Shown here piece by piece: positions 36,801 through 46,847 of a stretch of DNA of 64,000 nucleotides. Both the position numbers and the translations under genes were made by a program. Numbering within the stretch: position 1 is the stretch's first letter; each line of letters begins with the position of its first letter. Origin of the DNA: an uncultured bacterium (GTDB lineage Bacteria > Patescibacteriota > Minisyncoccia > UBA6257 > 2-01-FULL-56-20); the NCBI GenBank assembly GCA_963725235.1, contig CAVRXN010000002.1, forward strand, positions 314,902 to 378,901. Reading direction: 5' to 3'. The notes below the pieces were generated by a model that was given only the letters and a program-made list of their open reading frames with translations, ran no database searches and had not been told where the DNA came from.

Positions 36801-37922
36801 ATGTCAATGCAATCTAAAACTGTCTTCGTCGGCATGTCGGGTGGAGTGGACAGCTCTGTCACGGCATTGCTACTCAAGAACCAGGGCTATAACGTCGTGG
36901 GTGTTTTCATGCGCTGTTACAATCTCGACGGCTGCGCCGAGCGCGACGCGGAGGATGCCCGGCGGGTCGCGGAACATATTGGCATCCCGTTCTATGTTTG
37001 GGATTTCGAAGAAGAATATAAACAGCGCGTGGTCGAATATATGATCGACGGTTATCGTGCGGGCATCACGCCGAACCCGGATGTCATGTGCAATCGCGAG
37101 ATTAAATTTGGATTATTCCTCGAGAAGGCGCTCGCGGCTGGCGCGGATTTTGTTGCGACGGGGCATTATGTAAAGATTAAAAATTCATTAAAAGGTGGTG
37201 TTGCCAGCGCGAAATTATTCGCCGCACGCGACAAAAACAAAGATCAGTCCTATTTCCTCTGGACGTTAACTCAGCAACAACTCCAGCACTGCCTATTTCC
37301 AATCGGCAATTATCTGAAGCCGGAAGTTCGTCGGATTGCTGCGCGCGCCGGTTTGCCGACCGCGACAAAAAAAGATTCGCAAGGAATTTGTTTCCTTGGC
37401 GACATCAGCGTCGTTGATTTTTTGAAACAATATATTCCCGAAAAACGCGGTGCACTCGTCACGACGACTGGTGAACGAATCGGCGAACATTTTGGCGCCG
37501 AATTTTATACCATCGGCCAGCGGCATATCGATGCCGACTTCAAGTTCCCGAAGACCGGCGGCGAGCGCCACAATCGTGAGCCATTCTATGTTGCATCGAA
37601 AGATGCAGCGACGAATACGGTCGTCGTGGCGGAAGGTGATGAGAATGAGGCACTGTATCGACAGGAGGTTGAGCTGACACAGGTGAATTTTTTGGCCGAT
37701 GATGGAAATAAAAAGAAAAATGTCATTTCCGAAAAGCCGACCGCTGTCTTCGCCCGCATCCGTTATCGCCAGCCACTTGCGCAGGCGAAACTTTCGCAAT
37801 CAAGTGAGGGCAACGCGGCGCACCTCGAATTCGTCCGCCCGCAAAAATTCGTTGCATCCGGCCAGTCGGCCGTTTGGTACTCAAAAACCGGCGAAATGCT
37901 CGGCGGCGGCGTTATTTTATAA
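36801..37922 (+). CDS. mnmA: tRNA-specific 2-thiouridylase
   Basis: 373 aa; PP-loop VFVGMSGGVDSSV, NPDVMCN, DKNKDQSYFL, KDSQGICF. Confidence 0.9.
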   Translation: MSMQSKTVFVGMSGGVDSSVTALLLKNQGYNVVGVFMRCYNLDGCAERDAEDARRVAEHIGIPFYVWDFEEEYKQRVVEYMIDGYRAGITPNPDVMCNREIKFGLFLEKALAAGADFVATGHYVKIKNSLKGGVASAKLFAARDKNKDQSYFLWTLTQQQLQHCLFPIGNYLKPEVRRIAARAGLPTATKKDSQGICFLGDISVVDFLKQYIPEKRGALVTTTGERIGEHFGAEFYTIGQRHIDADFKFPKTGGERHNREPFYVASKDAATNTVVVAEGDENEALYRQEVELTQVNFLADDGNKKKNVISEKPTAVFARIRYRQPLAQAKLSQSSEGNAAHLEFVRPQKFVASGQSAVWYSKTGEMLGGGVIL

Positions 37923-37973
37923 ATTGAGTTGATAAAATAAAGAATTTGCTGTATCGTCTAAACAGGAGGAAAA

Positions 37974-38099
37974 ATGTTCTTTGTCGGTTTTCTTGATTGC
38001 GTTGCGAATGTTTTCACTTCGGGCATCAGTGGTGCTGAAGTCGGTGTGCTTACCTGGTTTGGGTCGTTCGCCGTGTACAAGTTTTTGAAAAGATCGTAG
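37974..38099 (+). CDS. small membrane protein (41 aa)
   Basis: AGGAGG RBS 5 nt upstream of ATG 37974; MFFVGFLDCVANVFTSGISGAEVGVLTWFGSFAVYKFLKRS; followed by a terminator; too short for the ORF track. Confidence 0.4.
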   Translation: MFFVGFLDCVANVFTSGISGAEVGVLTWFGSFAVYKFLKRS

Positions 38100-38116
38100 T
38101 TCAGTCGAATCCTGCA

Positions 38117-38150
38117 AAGCCGGCGAGCACCACGCTCCGCCGGCTTTTTT
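38117..38150 (+). terminator. rho-independent terminator
   Basis: Stem AAGCCGGCG/CGCCGGCTT followed by TTTTT. Confidence 0.65.
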
Positions 38151-38201
38151 ATTACGCCAAAATACGCTATGCTATGGCAATAACCTTCGCGCCACGCAAA
38201 C

Positions 38202-40022
38202 ATGGAAAGCAGCAAAAACATTCGCAACTTCGTTATCATCGCGCATATCGACTCGGGCAAATCGACGCTCGCCGACCGCTTGCTTGAGATAACGGGAACG
38301 GTGCCGATGCGCTCTATGAAAGCGCAGTATTTGGATCGGATGCCGCTTGAGCGCGAGAGGGGGATTACGATCAAGATGGCACCGGTACGGATGGAATATG
38401 AAAGCGCGGCGATGGCCGGCAGCGCGGGCGCGAACGCGGGTGCGAACATTAAATATATATTAAATTTAATCGACACCCCTGGCCACAGCGACTTTGGCTA
38501 CGAAGTCTCACGTGCACTCGCGGCGGTCGAAGGCGCGATCTTGCTTGTCGATGGAACGAAAGGCATCCAGGCACAAACACTTTCAAATTTACGAGGTGCG
38601 CAGAAAGCGGGCCTCAAAATTATTCCTGCGGTAAACAAGATCGATCTTGGTTTGCCGCAGATCGAGAACGTCGTCAACGCAACGGCCGAGTTGCTCGGCG
38701 TTGATCGCAGTGAAGTTTTTAAAATCTCGGCAAAAACCGGTGCAGGTGCAAAGGAATTGCTCGAAGCCGTCATCGAACAAGTTCCGTCGCCGCGCAAATT
38801 GCCCGGCACCGCCGCGAAGGCGCTCGTATTCGATTCATTATACGACGACCACAAGGGCATCATCGCGTTCGTTCGCGTGTTCGAGGGTGAGTTCAAGGCG
38901 GAGGATATGAAATTCATCGCAAGCGGCGCGAGCTTCAAACCGAAAGAAGTCGGCTATTTTTTCCCGGATTTAAAAGTCTCTCAGAAAATTGCGGATGGCG
39001 AGATGGGTTACGTTGCCACGGGGTTAAAGGATCCGTTGCTCGTCAAGATTGGCGACACGCTTGTTATAGGGAATGGCGCCACTGCGGCGGAAGCCCTTCC
39101 CGGTTATCGCGAACCCGGCCCGGTCGTGTTCATCTCATTCTATCCTGACGGCGCAACGAAGTTTGACGATTTGAAGCGCGCGTTCGAGCGCTTGCAGTTG
39201 AACGACGCCGCGTTGTCGTTCGAACCGGACTCGAACGAGGCGCTCGGTCGCGGTTTGAAAGTTGGGTTCCTCGGCCAGCTCCATTTCGAAATAACATCGG
39301 ATCGGTTGAGCCGCGAATATAATCTGGAATTTTTAACAAGCTTCCCATCGATCGCATATCGCGTGAAAAATAACGGCATCATAGAAATAATCAAGCAGCC
39401 ACAAGATTTTCCGGATAAACCGGAAAAAGTATGGGAGCCACTCGTCGACCTCGAAATATTGGTTCCGCAAAAATATTTGAGCGCCGTGCTCGCACTCCAG
39501 ACGACGTTCGACCTGGAGGTCGGCGAAGTAAAGACGCTCGGCGACAATCTTCTCATCGAATCAAAAATGCCGTTACGCGAGCTGATTCGCGATTTCGATG
39601 ACCAATTGAAATCGTCGTCACAAGGATACGCATCATTTACCTACGAGCTCGCCGGCGAACAGGAAGCGGAAGTGGAAAAATTAGAAATATTAATTGTTGA
39701 TGAAGTCATTCCGGCTCTGACACGAATCGTGCCCAAAAAAGATATCGAGCGCGAAGGGCGGCAGACCGTCGAACGTTTGAAAGATTTACTGCCACAGGAA
39801 CAATTTTCGCAGGCAATCCAGGCGCGAACGCAGGGAAAAATTATAGCTCGCGAAACGATTACAGCTATAAAGAAAAAGCTTGGCGATTTCGGAAAGAACG
39901 GGGGAGACCGGACAAGAAAGATGAAGCTATGGAAGAAACAGGAGCGCGGTAAGGAACGCTTGCAGGGCACCGCCCGCGTCGATATCTCGCCGGAAGTGTT
40001 CCGCGAAATCCTTAAAAAATAA
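38202..40022 (+). CDS. lepA: translation elongation factor 4
   Basis: 606 aa; IRNFVIIAHIDSGKSTLADRLL, DTPGHSDF, NKIDL and a LepA C-terminal domain. Confidence 0.95.
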   Translation: MESSKNIRNFVIIAHIDSGKSTLADRLLEITGTVPMRSMKAQYLDRMPLERERGITIKMAPVRMEYESAAMAGSAGANAGANIKYILNLIDTPGHSDFGYEVSRALAAVEGAILLVDGTKGIQAQTLSNLRGAQKAGLKIIPAVNKIDLGLPQIENVVNATAELLGVDRSEVFKISAKTGAGAKELLEAVIEQVPSPRKLPGTAAKALVFDSLYDDHKGIIAFVRVFEGEFKAEDMKFIASGASFKPKEVGYFFPDLKVSQKIADGEMGYVATGLKDPLLVKIGDTLVIGNGATAAEALPGYREPGPVVFISFYPDGATKFDDLKRAFERLQLNDAALSFEPDSNEALGRGLKVGFLGQLHFEITSDRLSREYNLEFLTSFPSIAYRVKNNGIIEIIKQPQDFPDKPEKVWEPLVDLEILVPQKYLSAVLALQTTFDLEVGEVKTLGDNLLIESKMPLRELIRDFDDQLKSSSQGYASFTYELAGEQEAEVEKLEILIVDEVIPALTRIVPKKDIEREGRQTVERLKDLLPQEQFSQAIQARTQGKIIARETITAIKKKLGDFGKNGGDRTRKMKLWKKQERGKERLQGTARVDISPEVFREILKK

Positions 40023-40280
40023 TGGAATTTTGTGCAGCGGATTTGGTATAATAAAAACGAAGGGAGACAAATGAATAGGCATCGTATAGTCGTGATCGTA
40101 ATTATGTGGCTTCTCCTTTGGTTTTTGCTGTTGAAACTAACCCCGGCAAAGGATGACAAATCCGTAATCGCCTATGGGGGCGCTGCTCTTTTTTGTAGCC
40201 GTATGTCTCTACGTAGGTAGATGTACCATACGGAGCAGGAAATCGCACTCGGGTTGAGTGCGCCTTGCCATTGCTAACAG

Positions 40281-40313
40281 GCGCGGTTCCACACGGACCG
40301 CGCCCTTTTTCTT
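40281..40313 (+). terminator. rho-independent terminator
   Basis: Stem GGCGCGGT/ACCGCGCC followed by CTTTTTCTT. Confidence 0.6.
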
Positions 40314-40351
40314 CCCCACGATCGTATAAATAATATAACCGAACCGAGCGC

Positions 40352-40380
40352 TTGACAAAAAATCATTCATCGGCTATAAT
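40352..40380 (+). promoter_or_regulatory. consensus sigma70-like promoter upstream of the KH-domain gene
   Basis: TTGACA (40352..40357), 17-nt spacer, TATAAT (40375..40380). Confidence 0.6.
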
Positions 40381-40441
40381 CTAAACACAAATTAAGAAAA
40401 GGTCGCAGGAATACAGAAAAATCAGCTAAACCAGTAATTCA

Positions 40442-40741
40442 ATGGCGAATTCATCTACGGCAGACCAGGAATTTCTCGAGTATCTCGTGAAATCGTTGGT
40501 CGACCATCCGGAAGATGTGAAGGTCGATCGAAAAGTCGACGAGATGGGCGTCCTGCTCTCACTTCACGTCAACTCGCTGGACATGGGCCAGGTCGTCGGC
40601 CGTCAGGGTGCGACGGCGAAAGCCATCCGTTCGCTCTTGCGGATCGTGGGCGTAAAGAATAACGCGCGCGTGAACCTCAAGATCGAGGAGCCGGAAGGCA
40701 GCACGCGTCCGCCCCGCGCGGAACGCAGCGAGCAGCAGTAA
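40442..40741 (+). CDS. KH domain RNA-binding protein (UPF0109/KhpA-like)
   Basis: 99 aa; LEYLVKSLVDHPEDVKVD......GQVVGRQGATAKAIRSLLR carries the GxxG KH signature. Confidence 0.8.
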   Translation: MANSSTADQEFLEYLVKSLVDHPEDVKVDRKVDEMGVLLSLHVNSLDMGQVVGRQGATAKAIRSLLRIVGVKNNARVNLKIEEPEGSTRPPRAERSEQQ

Positions 40742-40743
40742 AC

Positions 40744-40774
40744 AAAAATCCCCGAGCAAAATCGGGGATTTTTG
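40744..40774. terminator. bidirectional terminator between convergent KH gene and msrA
   Basis: AAAAATCCCCGA-GCAAA-TCGGGGATTTTT. Confidence 0.65.
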
Positions 40775-41341
40775 TTACTTGCTTTTCTTCTCCAGCAGCT
40801 CCGCAAACTCCTTCTGCAATTTTTCCACCTTCGGTTCGATAATCAATTGGCAATACGGCTGGTTGGGATTCTTCGCGAAGTAATCACGGTGATAACTTTC
40901 GGCTTCGTAGAACTTGTCGAGGGGTTTGATTTCCGTCACAACCGGCCGTCCACCGGGATCGGACGCATTAAGTCGCGCGATAAACGCGATCGCAGCGTCG
41001 CGTTGTGCATCCGTCGTATATAAAATGATCGAACGGTATTGCGTGCCGACGTCGTTGCCCTGGCGATTCAAGGTCGTCGGATCGTGCGTCGCAAAGAAAA
41101 CGGTTAAAAGATCATTAAAAGAAATCTGCGTCGGGTCGAATTCGATCCGGGTTGCTTCGGCATGGCCGGTCGTTCCGCTGCAAACCGCTTCATAGGTCGG
41201 CGCCAGTGCGCCTGCCGGCGTTGCGGGTCCGCCAGCGTAGCCAGGCATGACCGAGATAACACCACGCAATTCCTTGAAGACCGCCTCCGTGCACCAGAAG
41301 CATCCGCCGCCGAAGACCGCTGTTTCATAAAGTTCGGGCAT
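40775..41341 (-). CDS. msrA: peptide-methionine (S)-S-oxide reductase
   Basis: 188 aa; GGGCFWCTEAVF active site, HAEATRIEFDP, HDPTTLNRQGND. Confidence 0.9.
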   Translation of the reverse strand: MPELYETAVFGGGCFWCTEAVFKELRGVISVMPGYAGGPATPAGALAPTYEAVCSGTTGHAEATRIEFDPTQISFNDLLTVFFATHDPTTLNRQGNDVGTQYRSIILYTTDAQRDAAIAFIARLNASDPGGRPVVTEIKPLDKFYEAESYHRDYFAKNPNQPYCQLIIEPKVEKLQKEFAELLEKKSK

Positions 41342-41513
41342 GCCATCTATTATAACTCAAATATGACCCAAAAGCCCATAATCAGGGGTCTTAGACGGAG
41401 GGAAACGAGATCGTGCCAACGAAAACGCAGGCGCGACCTCCCGCTACGGCCCCTGGCTACGGGTTTTTCACGCCGTGAATTCTGCGCGTATTATAATCGT
41501 TAACGCAAAAAAA

Positions 41514-42167
41514 TCAACTGCGTCCGTTCGCGCGTCGCGGCAGCGGTTCCCCGTGCACGGTCGAATAGACGATCTTACCGCCTTCGAAAATGTGTAGATC
41601 GTCGGTTTCTTCCGAGACGGTGAAAATTGTCGTGCCATGAAATGAATACGAGCTCGTGATCGCGGCGATGTGGCGCATGTGCACCTTGTGCTTGAAACCG
41701 AACTGGGTCGAAAGGTCGGGCGCGCGACGCGGATTTAATTTATGCGCCGTCGCACGCGGACGCAGGCCTTCAATCATTGCACCGGAATGGAGAACGTTGC
41801 CGCGCGCGTCGATAAGGATCGCGCCGTCGAAATTGATCGTATGGATGATAGCCTCACGGCGTTTCTCTGTGGCGTATGCTCGCTGCGATGTCACGTTCCC
41901 TCCCGATGCCACCTGGTCAGCGGTCCGCATAATATTGATGTTGTGCTGCTTAAAAATATCCTGTGATGCATCTGGCGTGTCGGCATATTTCTCCCAGCGC
42001 CGATCGTTCCAGCCAAGTATCACAAATAAGCCGAATTTTTTACGGCGTTGCATAAGGTTAAGGATGAGCGCAGCCATCCGTAATTTGAGCGGCAGGGGAG
42101 CCGCGCCGGTGGATTTTGCGAGTGCCTTTTCGATCCGTTGCAGCTCCTTCTTGGAATCCCGTTTCAT
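41514..42167 (-). CDS. DAC (DisA_N / diadenylate cyclase)-like domain protein
   Basis: 217 aa; FDGAILIDARGNVLHSGAMI (DGA motif) and MRHIAAITSS..TIFTVSEETDDLHIFEGGK (degenerate RHRAA, SEET); no TM segments. Confidence 0.5.
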   Translation of the reverse strand: MKRDSKKELQRIEKALAKSTGAAPLPLKLRMAALILNLMQRRKKFGLFVILGWNDRRWEKYADTPDASQDIFKQHNINIMRTADQVASGGNVTSQRAYATEKRREAIIHTINFDGAILIDARGNVLHSGAMIEGLRPRATAHKLNPRRAPDLSTQFGFKHKVHMRHIAAITSSYSFHGTTIFTVSEETDDLHIFEGGKIVYSTVHGEPLPRRANGRS

Positions 42168-42240
42168 TGTTATTCATTATACGACGGACGGCAAGAAAAA
42201 GTTTAGAAAGATTTAATCACCTTTTTGGTATGATGGGCGG

Positions 42241-43360
42241 ATGAACAACAAAAAAATTATTTCAGGTGCGGTTTGGACGGTTGGTTTGCTTGCGGTGGGC
42301 GTCGGTGGGTTCTGGTATTTTTCGGGCGGAGCGGGTCCGGGCGGGAGCGTCGCATGGTCGAACGGCGTCGCGCTCGTCGAGAGTTCGTGGGATGAAGCGG
42401 TCGGGTTGCCGGCGGGGACATCAACGGTCGCGGCTGCGCTGATAGGGAATTCTGAGAGCGACGACGATCAGGGCTCGAATGAACAAGCCGCGCAAGCGAC
42501 GGTGACGCCACCGTCGCCTCCAACGCCTCCAGGGCCGCCGCCGGTCTATTCGATAGCGGATGTTGGCTCGTTCGGATGACACGGATAGCTCGACGACGAT
42601 AACGACGACTTCGGTTGCTATCTCTGCGGTGGCGAGTTCGACACCCTCATCTTCGCAGCCGGCATCAGCGCCAATTGCGGCGCCAGCTCCGTCGCCAACC
42701 GTTTCTTACTCTGCGCCATCGAGCTCCAGCCCGGTTGCGCAGGCGGCTGCAGCGACAACGACGACGGTTGCTACGACTACGCCCGCAGACGTTTCGACGA
42801 CGCCCGTGACGACAGTCGTCGTAACGACGACGTCAACACAGCCGACATCTACGGCACCAACTCCGACTCCACCATCCACGCCCGCACCAGCTTCGATTGA
42901 CCACCTCGTCATCGTACAGGTGCAAATCGCGGGCGCAGCGAGTACCAATGATTTTGTGAAAATTTTCAATCCGACTGGCGCGGCAGTCGATTTGAGCGGT
43001 TGGAAGTTACATAAAAAATCGAGTACGGGAACGGATTACTCGCTAAAAACATTTGCGACTGGCGCAAGCATAGCATCGGGTGGTTACATAACCTGGGCAA
43101 ATTCGGAAAATGGATTTGCCGATTCGATCGGTGCCGACGTATCGAGTACGGAAACGCTATCGGCTGACAACAGTGTCGCGCTGATGGACCCGAGTGAAAC
43201 GGTAATCGATGCGGTAGCATGGGGAACCGGCACAAATCAATACGTCGAAGGCGATGCGTACCCGGACAGCCCGACTGCAAACCAAGTTTTGGTCCGGAAA
43301 TCAGTCGCAAGCACCGTTGTCGATACGGATGATAATGCAAATGACTTTACGGCGCAGTAA
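42241..43360 (+). CDS. membrane-anchored lamin tail domain (LTD) protein, probably frame-disrupted (+1 near 42570)
   Basis: TM N-terminus (track ORF 42241..42579), Ser/Thr/Pro-rich linker, then the C-terminal LTD pattern FVKIFNPTGAAVDLSGWKL...ALMDPSETVIDAVAWG...NDF (ORF 42560..43360). Confidence 0.65.
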
Positions 43361-43374
43361 ACGCCGGCGCGCCG

Positions 43375-44646
43375 CTACATTCTCCGCCACGCTCGCCACG
43401 CCCGCACGGGTGACATGATCATGAGGAGATAATACAGCTCAACGAACCGACTGAACTCCCAGCCGAGCCATCCATCAAAGACAAACGGGCCGAGCTTCGC
43501 GATCGCCCAATTTTCGCCGGCGGGAATAACCCAAGGATATTCGCTCGGACGGTAAACGCTCGCGAGGAATTCGTGTGCGCCGAGTTCGGTGCGCTTGATT
43601 TCGGCGATGACGTTACGTGCGGCGATCTGGCCTTCGAGAATTGCAATGTGTGCGACGGCGGGAACGGCGCGGCCGGTGCGCGGGTCCATGAAGCAGACGC
43701 TGTCGCCGATACCGTAGACCATGGGCGCGATTTTTAGATCGGGCGTTCCCGCAACGCATGCCATATCGTTTTTCGCGAGCGGCTTGCCGCGCTGGTCCTT
43801 CGCGACGGGCAGTGTCGTCAGCAGGTCGGGCGTTTTCACGCCGCCGGTCCAGATGAACGCGTCGAACGGGATCGGCGCGCTTTCGGCAACGGCAATTTCA
43901 TTCGTCGAAACGCCGGTTATTTTCATATTGGTTTTTACCTCGATGCCGAGCTTGGCGAGTCGTTGGGCGGCGATTTTCGCGGCGCGTGCGTCAAATCCAT
44001 TCAAAATACCGGGCATCGCTTCGACGATCGAAACCGAAACGCGCACATTCCGGTTTTCTTTTTGCACGCGATTTGCCCAAAGCCGGATCTCGGAAGCGAG
44101 CTCGATGCCATTCGGTCCGGCGCCACCGATGACAATTTTTATTTCCGCTGCGCCCGGCCGCGAACCTATGTCGAACGCCGCCTTGATTGTTTCCCGGATC
44201 TGCAGCGCACTCTCGAGCGTTTTCAGTTGCAAAGCGTTTTCCTGCATGCCCGGTATCCCGAAGAAATTGGTCTCCGAGCCGAGCGCAATAATGAGATAAT
44301 CGGCGTGAAGATTTTCGCTTGGCAACCCTGCTTGCTTACCGCTGGATTTAAGATAGATATTACCATCCGGAAGATTGAGGGAGGCAACTGCGGCAGTCAC
44401 GAAACGGATGGGTAGATCCTCGAGAAGCGTTGCAATATCGTACGTGCAATTTTCTTCTTCGTCGGCAGTCGGCGATGCCGCAACTTTATAAAGCAATGGG
44501 ATATACAGATGACAATCATTTCGGTCGACGAGCACGACTTCATATCGGTCGAGCAATTTCAACCGGCGTAACGATTTCGAAACATCCATCGCGGCACGCA
44601 GGCCGCCGAACCCTGCGCCGAGAATCACCACACTCTTTTTTGCCAT
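43375..44646 (-). CDS. ndh: type II NADH dehydrogenase / FAD-dependent pyridine nucleotide-disulfide oxidoreductase
   Basis: 423 aa; VVILGAGFGGL and IVIGGAGPNGIELA dinucleotide-binding motifs; GDS... Confidence 0.85.
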   Translation of the reverse strand: MAKKSVVILGAGFGGLRAAMDVSKSLRRLKLLDRYEVVLVDRNDCHLYIPLLYKVAASPTADEEENCTYDIATLLEDLPIRFVTAAVASLNLPDGNIYLKSSGKQAGLPSENLHADYLIIALGSETNFFGIPGMQENALQLKTLESALQIRETIKAAFDIGSRPGAAEIKIVIGGAGPNGIELASEIRLWANRVQKENRNVRVSVSIVEAMPGILNGFDARAAKIAAQRLAKLGIEVKTNMKITGVSTNEIAVAESAPIPFDAFIWTGGVKTPDLLTTLPVAKDQRGKPLAKNDMACVAGTPDLKIAPMVYGIGDSVCFMDPRTGRAVPAVAHIAILEGQIAARNVIAEIKRTELGAHEFLASVYRPSEYPWVIPAGENWAIAKLGPFVFDGWLGWEFSRFVELYYLLMIMSPVRAWRAWRRM

Positions 44647-44695
44647 AGTTTCAATTATATCATTTTATGCCGTTTGCCATGATATACTATAACCA

Positions 44696-45859
44696 ATGAT
44701 CCGATATTTAAGCGTGGCGAAAACAAAAGAGTTGGCGGGAATTGCTTTAGTGCGCTTGGACTTTAATACGGAAGACGATTGGCGCATGCGTGCCGTTGTG
44801 CCAACCCTTAAATTATTATTAAAACATTCGGCGAAAATCGTCATCATGAGCCATCGCGGCCGGCCGGCGCCACTACGGAGCAGCACGGCGAAGATCGACA
44901 AGAAATTCAGCTTGCGGAAAAACGCCCAACAACTCGAACGGTTGCTTCGCCGAAAAGTAATTTTCATACCCGATTTTAATTTTACGAAGATGCGCGCCGC
45001 GATCACACACGCGCCTCGCGGCTCTGTTATATTGCTCGAAAACCTCCGCTTTGATCCGGGCGAAGAGAAAAACGATTCTCGATTCGCCCGCCAACTTGCC
45101 TTGCTCGGCGATTTTTATGTTAACGATGCCTTCGCGGTCTCGCATCGTGCGAACGCGTCGGTCGCCGCAATAACAAAATTTCTGCCGAGCTATGCCGGTC
45201 TCGAGCTCGAGGTCGAGATAAAATCGCTGTCGCGCGCGATGCGCTCGCCAAAGCATCCACTCGTATTTATCGTTGGTGGAGCTAAGGCAGAAGACAAGCT
45301 CGAAGTTATTAAATATTTTCACGGCCGGGCCGATTGGCTCCTGCTTGGCGGCGGTCCCGCAAACACGATATTGTCGATTCGCGGTGTCAATGTAAAAAAA
45401 TCGGTTCGCGATACGAATCCGAGCGACCTCCGCGAAATGCATTTGCTTTCCCGTTCCAAAAAAGTGGTGATCCCAACCGATTTTGTCTGGCACGGCGATT
45501 TCATCTGGGATGTCGGTCCGAAAACCGTCGCCGAATTTTCAAAGAAGATCGCGACCGCGCGAACTATTTTATGGAGCGGCCCACTCGGTTTGATCGAAAA
45601 GCCAGCATACGCACGCGGTTCGATCGCCATCGCTCGCGCGATCATACGTGCGACCGCCGCGCCTCGCCGCACATTTTCGATCAGCGGCGGCGGCGAAACA
45701 GTCATGTTCTTAAAAAAATATGGCTTCGATAAAAAATTCAGCTTCATCTCGACCGGCGGGGGAGCAATGATTGATTTTCTCGCAGGAAAAAAGTTGCCGG
45801 GCATTGCGGCGCTCGAAGGCGGCGTTCGTGCCCCGCACGAGAGCGGCCGCAAAAATTAA
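44696..45859 (+). CDS. pgk: phosphoglycerate kinase
   Basis: 387 aa; LVRLDFN, IMSHRGRP, NDAFAVSHR, FIVGGAKAEDK, STGGGA. Confidence 0.95.
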   Translation: MIRYLSVAKTKELAGIALVRLDFNTEDDWRMRAVVPTLKLLLKHSAKIVIMSHRGRPAPLRSSTAKIDKKFSLRKNAQQLERLLRRKVIFIPDFNFTKMRAAITHAPRGSVILLENLRFDPGEEKNDSRFARQLALLGDFYVNDAFAVSHRANASVAAITKFLPSYAGLELEVEIKSLSRAMRSPKHPLVFIVGGAKAEDKLEVIKYFHGRADWLLLGGGPANTILSIRGVNVKKSVRDTNPSDLREMHLLSRSKKVVIPTDFVWHGDFIWDVGPKTVAEFSKKIATARTILWSGPLGLIEKPAYARGSIAIARAIIRATAAPRRTFSISGGGETVMFLKKYGFDKKFSFISTGGGAMIDFLAGKKLPGIAALEGGVRAPHESGRKN

Positions 45860-45870
45860 ATTTTGATTAA

Positions 45871-46836
45871 ATGAACTACGACATTTATTTCCATAACGAT
45901 TTCGATGGGCGCGCGGCAGCAGCGGTTGTGCTTGCATTTTTGCGCAGCCGTGGCGACGACATCGAGCATTTTGTTCCGGTGAAATATGACATCATCCCAA
46001 AGTGGCTTGATGAAAATTTTATGGTAAAAAATAAATTATTCCGCGGCAAGCATAATCCGGCGATTGTCGTCGATTTTCCGTATCATCCGCAAGCCGCGTT
46101 TTGGTTCGACCATCACGTCCGCCCGTTCCGCAATCCCAGCTGGGAGAAAAAGTTTAAACCGTCGGCCGGTCGGCGCTACGACGATTCATATCGCTCCGCA
46201 TGTCATCTTGCATATGATTCACTGCGCGCCGATTTCGGCTGGAAGCCGCCGGCGCACCTGCGCGAGTTGGTTACGTGGCTCGACGTTATTGATTTCGCAA
46301 ATTATAAATCGGCACGGCAAACGATCGAGATGAAAGAAGCGGCGATTCAGGCGAATGTATTTATCGAGAACGGTGGCGATGCGGCGCACGCCGGCGAAAC
46401 GGTTAAATTTCTTGCAACCCGCCCGCTGACGACGTTCGTTAAAACGGTACGCGTAAAAAAGTTTATCGCACGCATGCGGCGCAACATGGCGGCGAGCATT
46501 CGCTTTCATGAAAAAAATATTAAAATCGACGGCCGTGTCATGGTCATCGATCTCGCCGGCGACAAGACCGAAGACCTCGCATATTTCGCGCCCTACTTCT
46601 TGTACCCGAAGATGTTATACACGGTCCGCTTCCATAGTTTTCCAGGCAAACCATCGCTATTCCATATTAATGTTGCCGTGAATCCCTGGCTGCGCGCGCA
46701 GAATCGTAAAAATATTGGGACATTTTTGAAGCATAATGGCGGCGGCGGACATAAAGACGTAGGCGGCACGGAAATTAAGGGGCGGGCGGCGACATTGAAA
46801 GTTATCGGCAAAGCGGTGAAATTTTTAAATAGTTAA
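45871..46836 (+). CDS. DHH/DHHA1 superfamily phosphoesterase-like protein
   Basis: 321 aa; HNDFDGRAAAAV (motif I), FWFDHH (DHH), GGGGHKDVGG (DHHA1 GGGH). Confidence 0.6.
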   Translation: MNYDIYFHNDFDGRAAAAVVLAFLRSRGDDIEHFVPVKYDIIPKWLDENFMVKNKLFRGKHNPAIVVDFPYHPQAAFWFDHHVRPFRNPSWEKKFKPSAGRRYDDSYRSACHLAYDSLRADFGWKPPAHLRELVTWLDVIDFANYKSARQTIEMKEAAIQANVFIENGGDAAHAGETVKFLATRPLTTFVKTVRVKKFIARMRRNMAASIRFHEKNIKIDGRVMVIDLAGDKTEDLAYFAPYFLYPKMLYTVRFHSFPGKPSLFHINVAVNPWLRAQNRKNIGTFLKHNGGGGHKDVGGTEIKGRAATLKVIGKAVKFLNS

Positions 46837-46847
46837 ATATTTATTAA

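Noticed and set aside
37958-38476. 172-aa minus-strand ORF
   Set aside because: It runs antisense across the lepA start, a terminator and the small plus-strand ORF. No RBS and no recognisable motifs.
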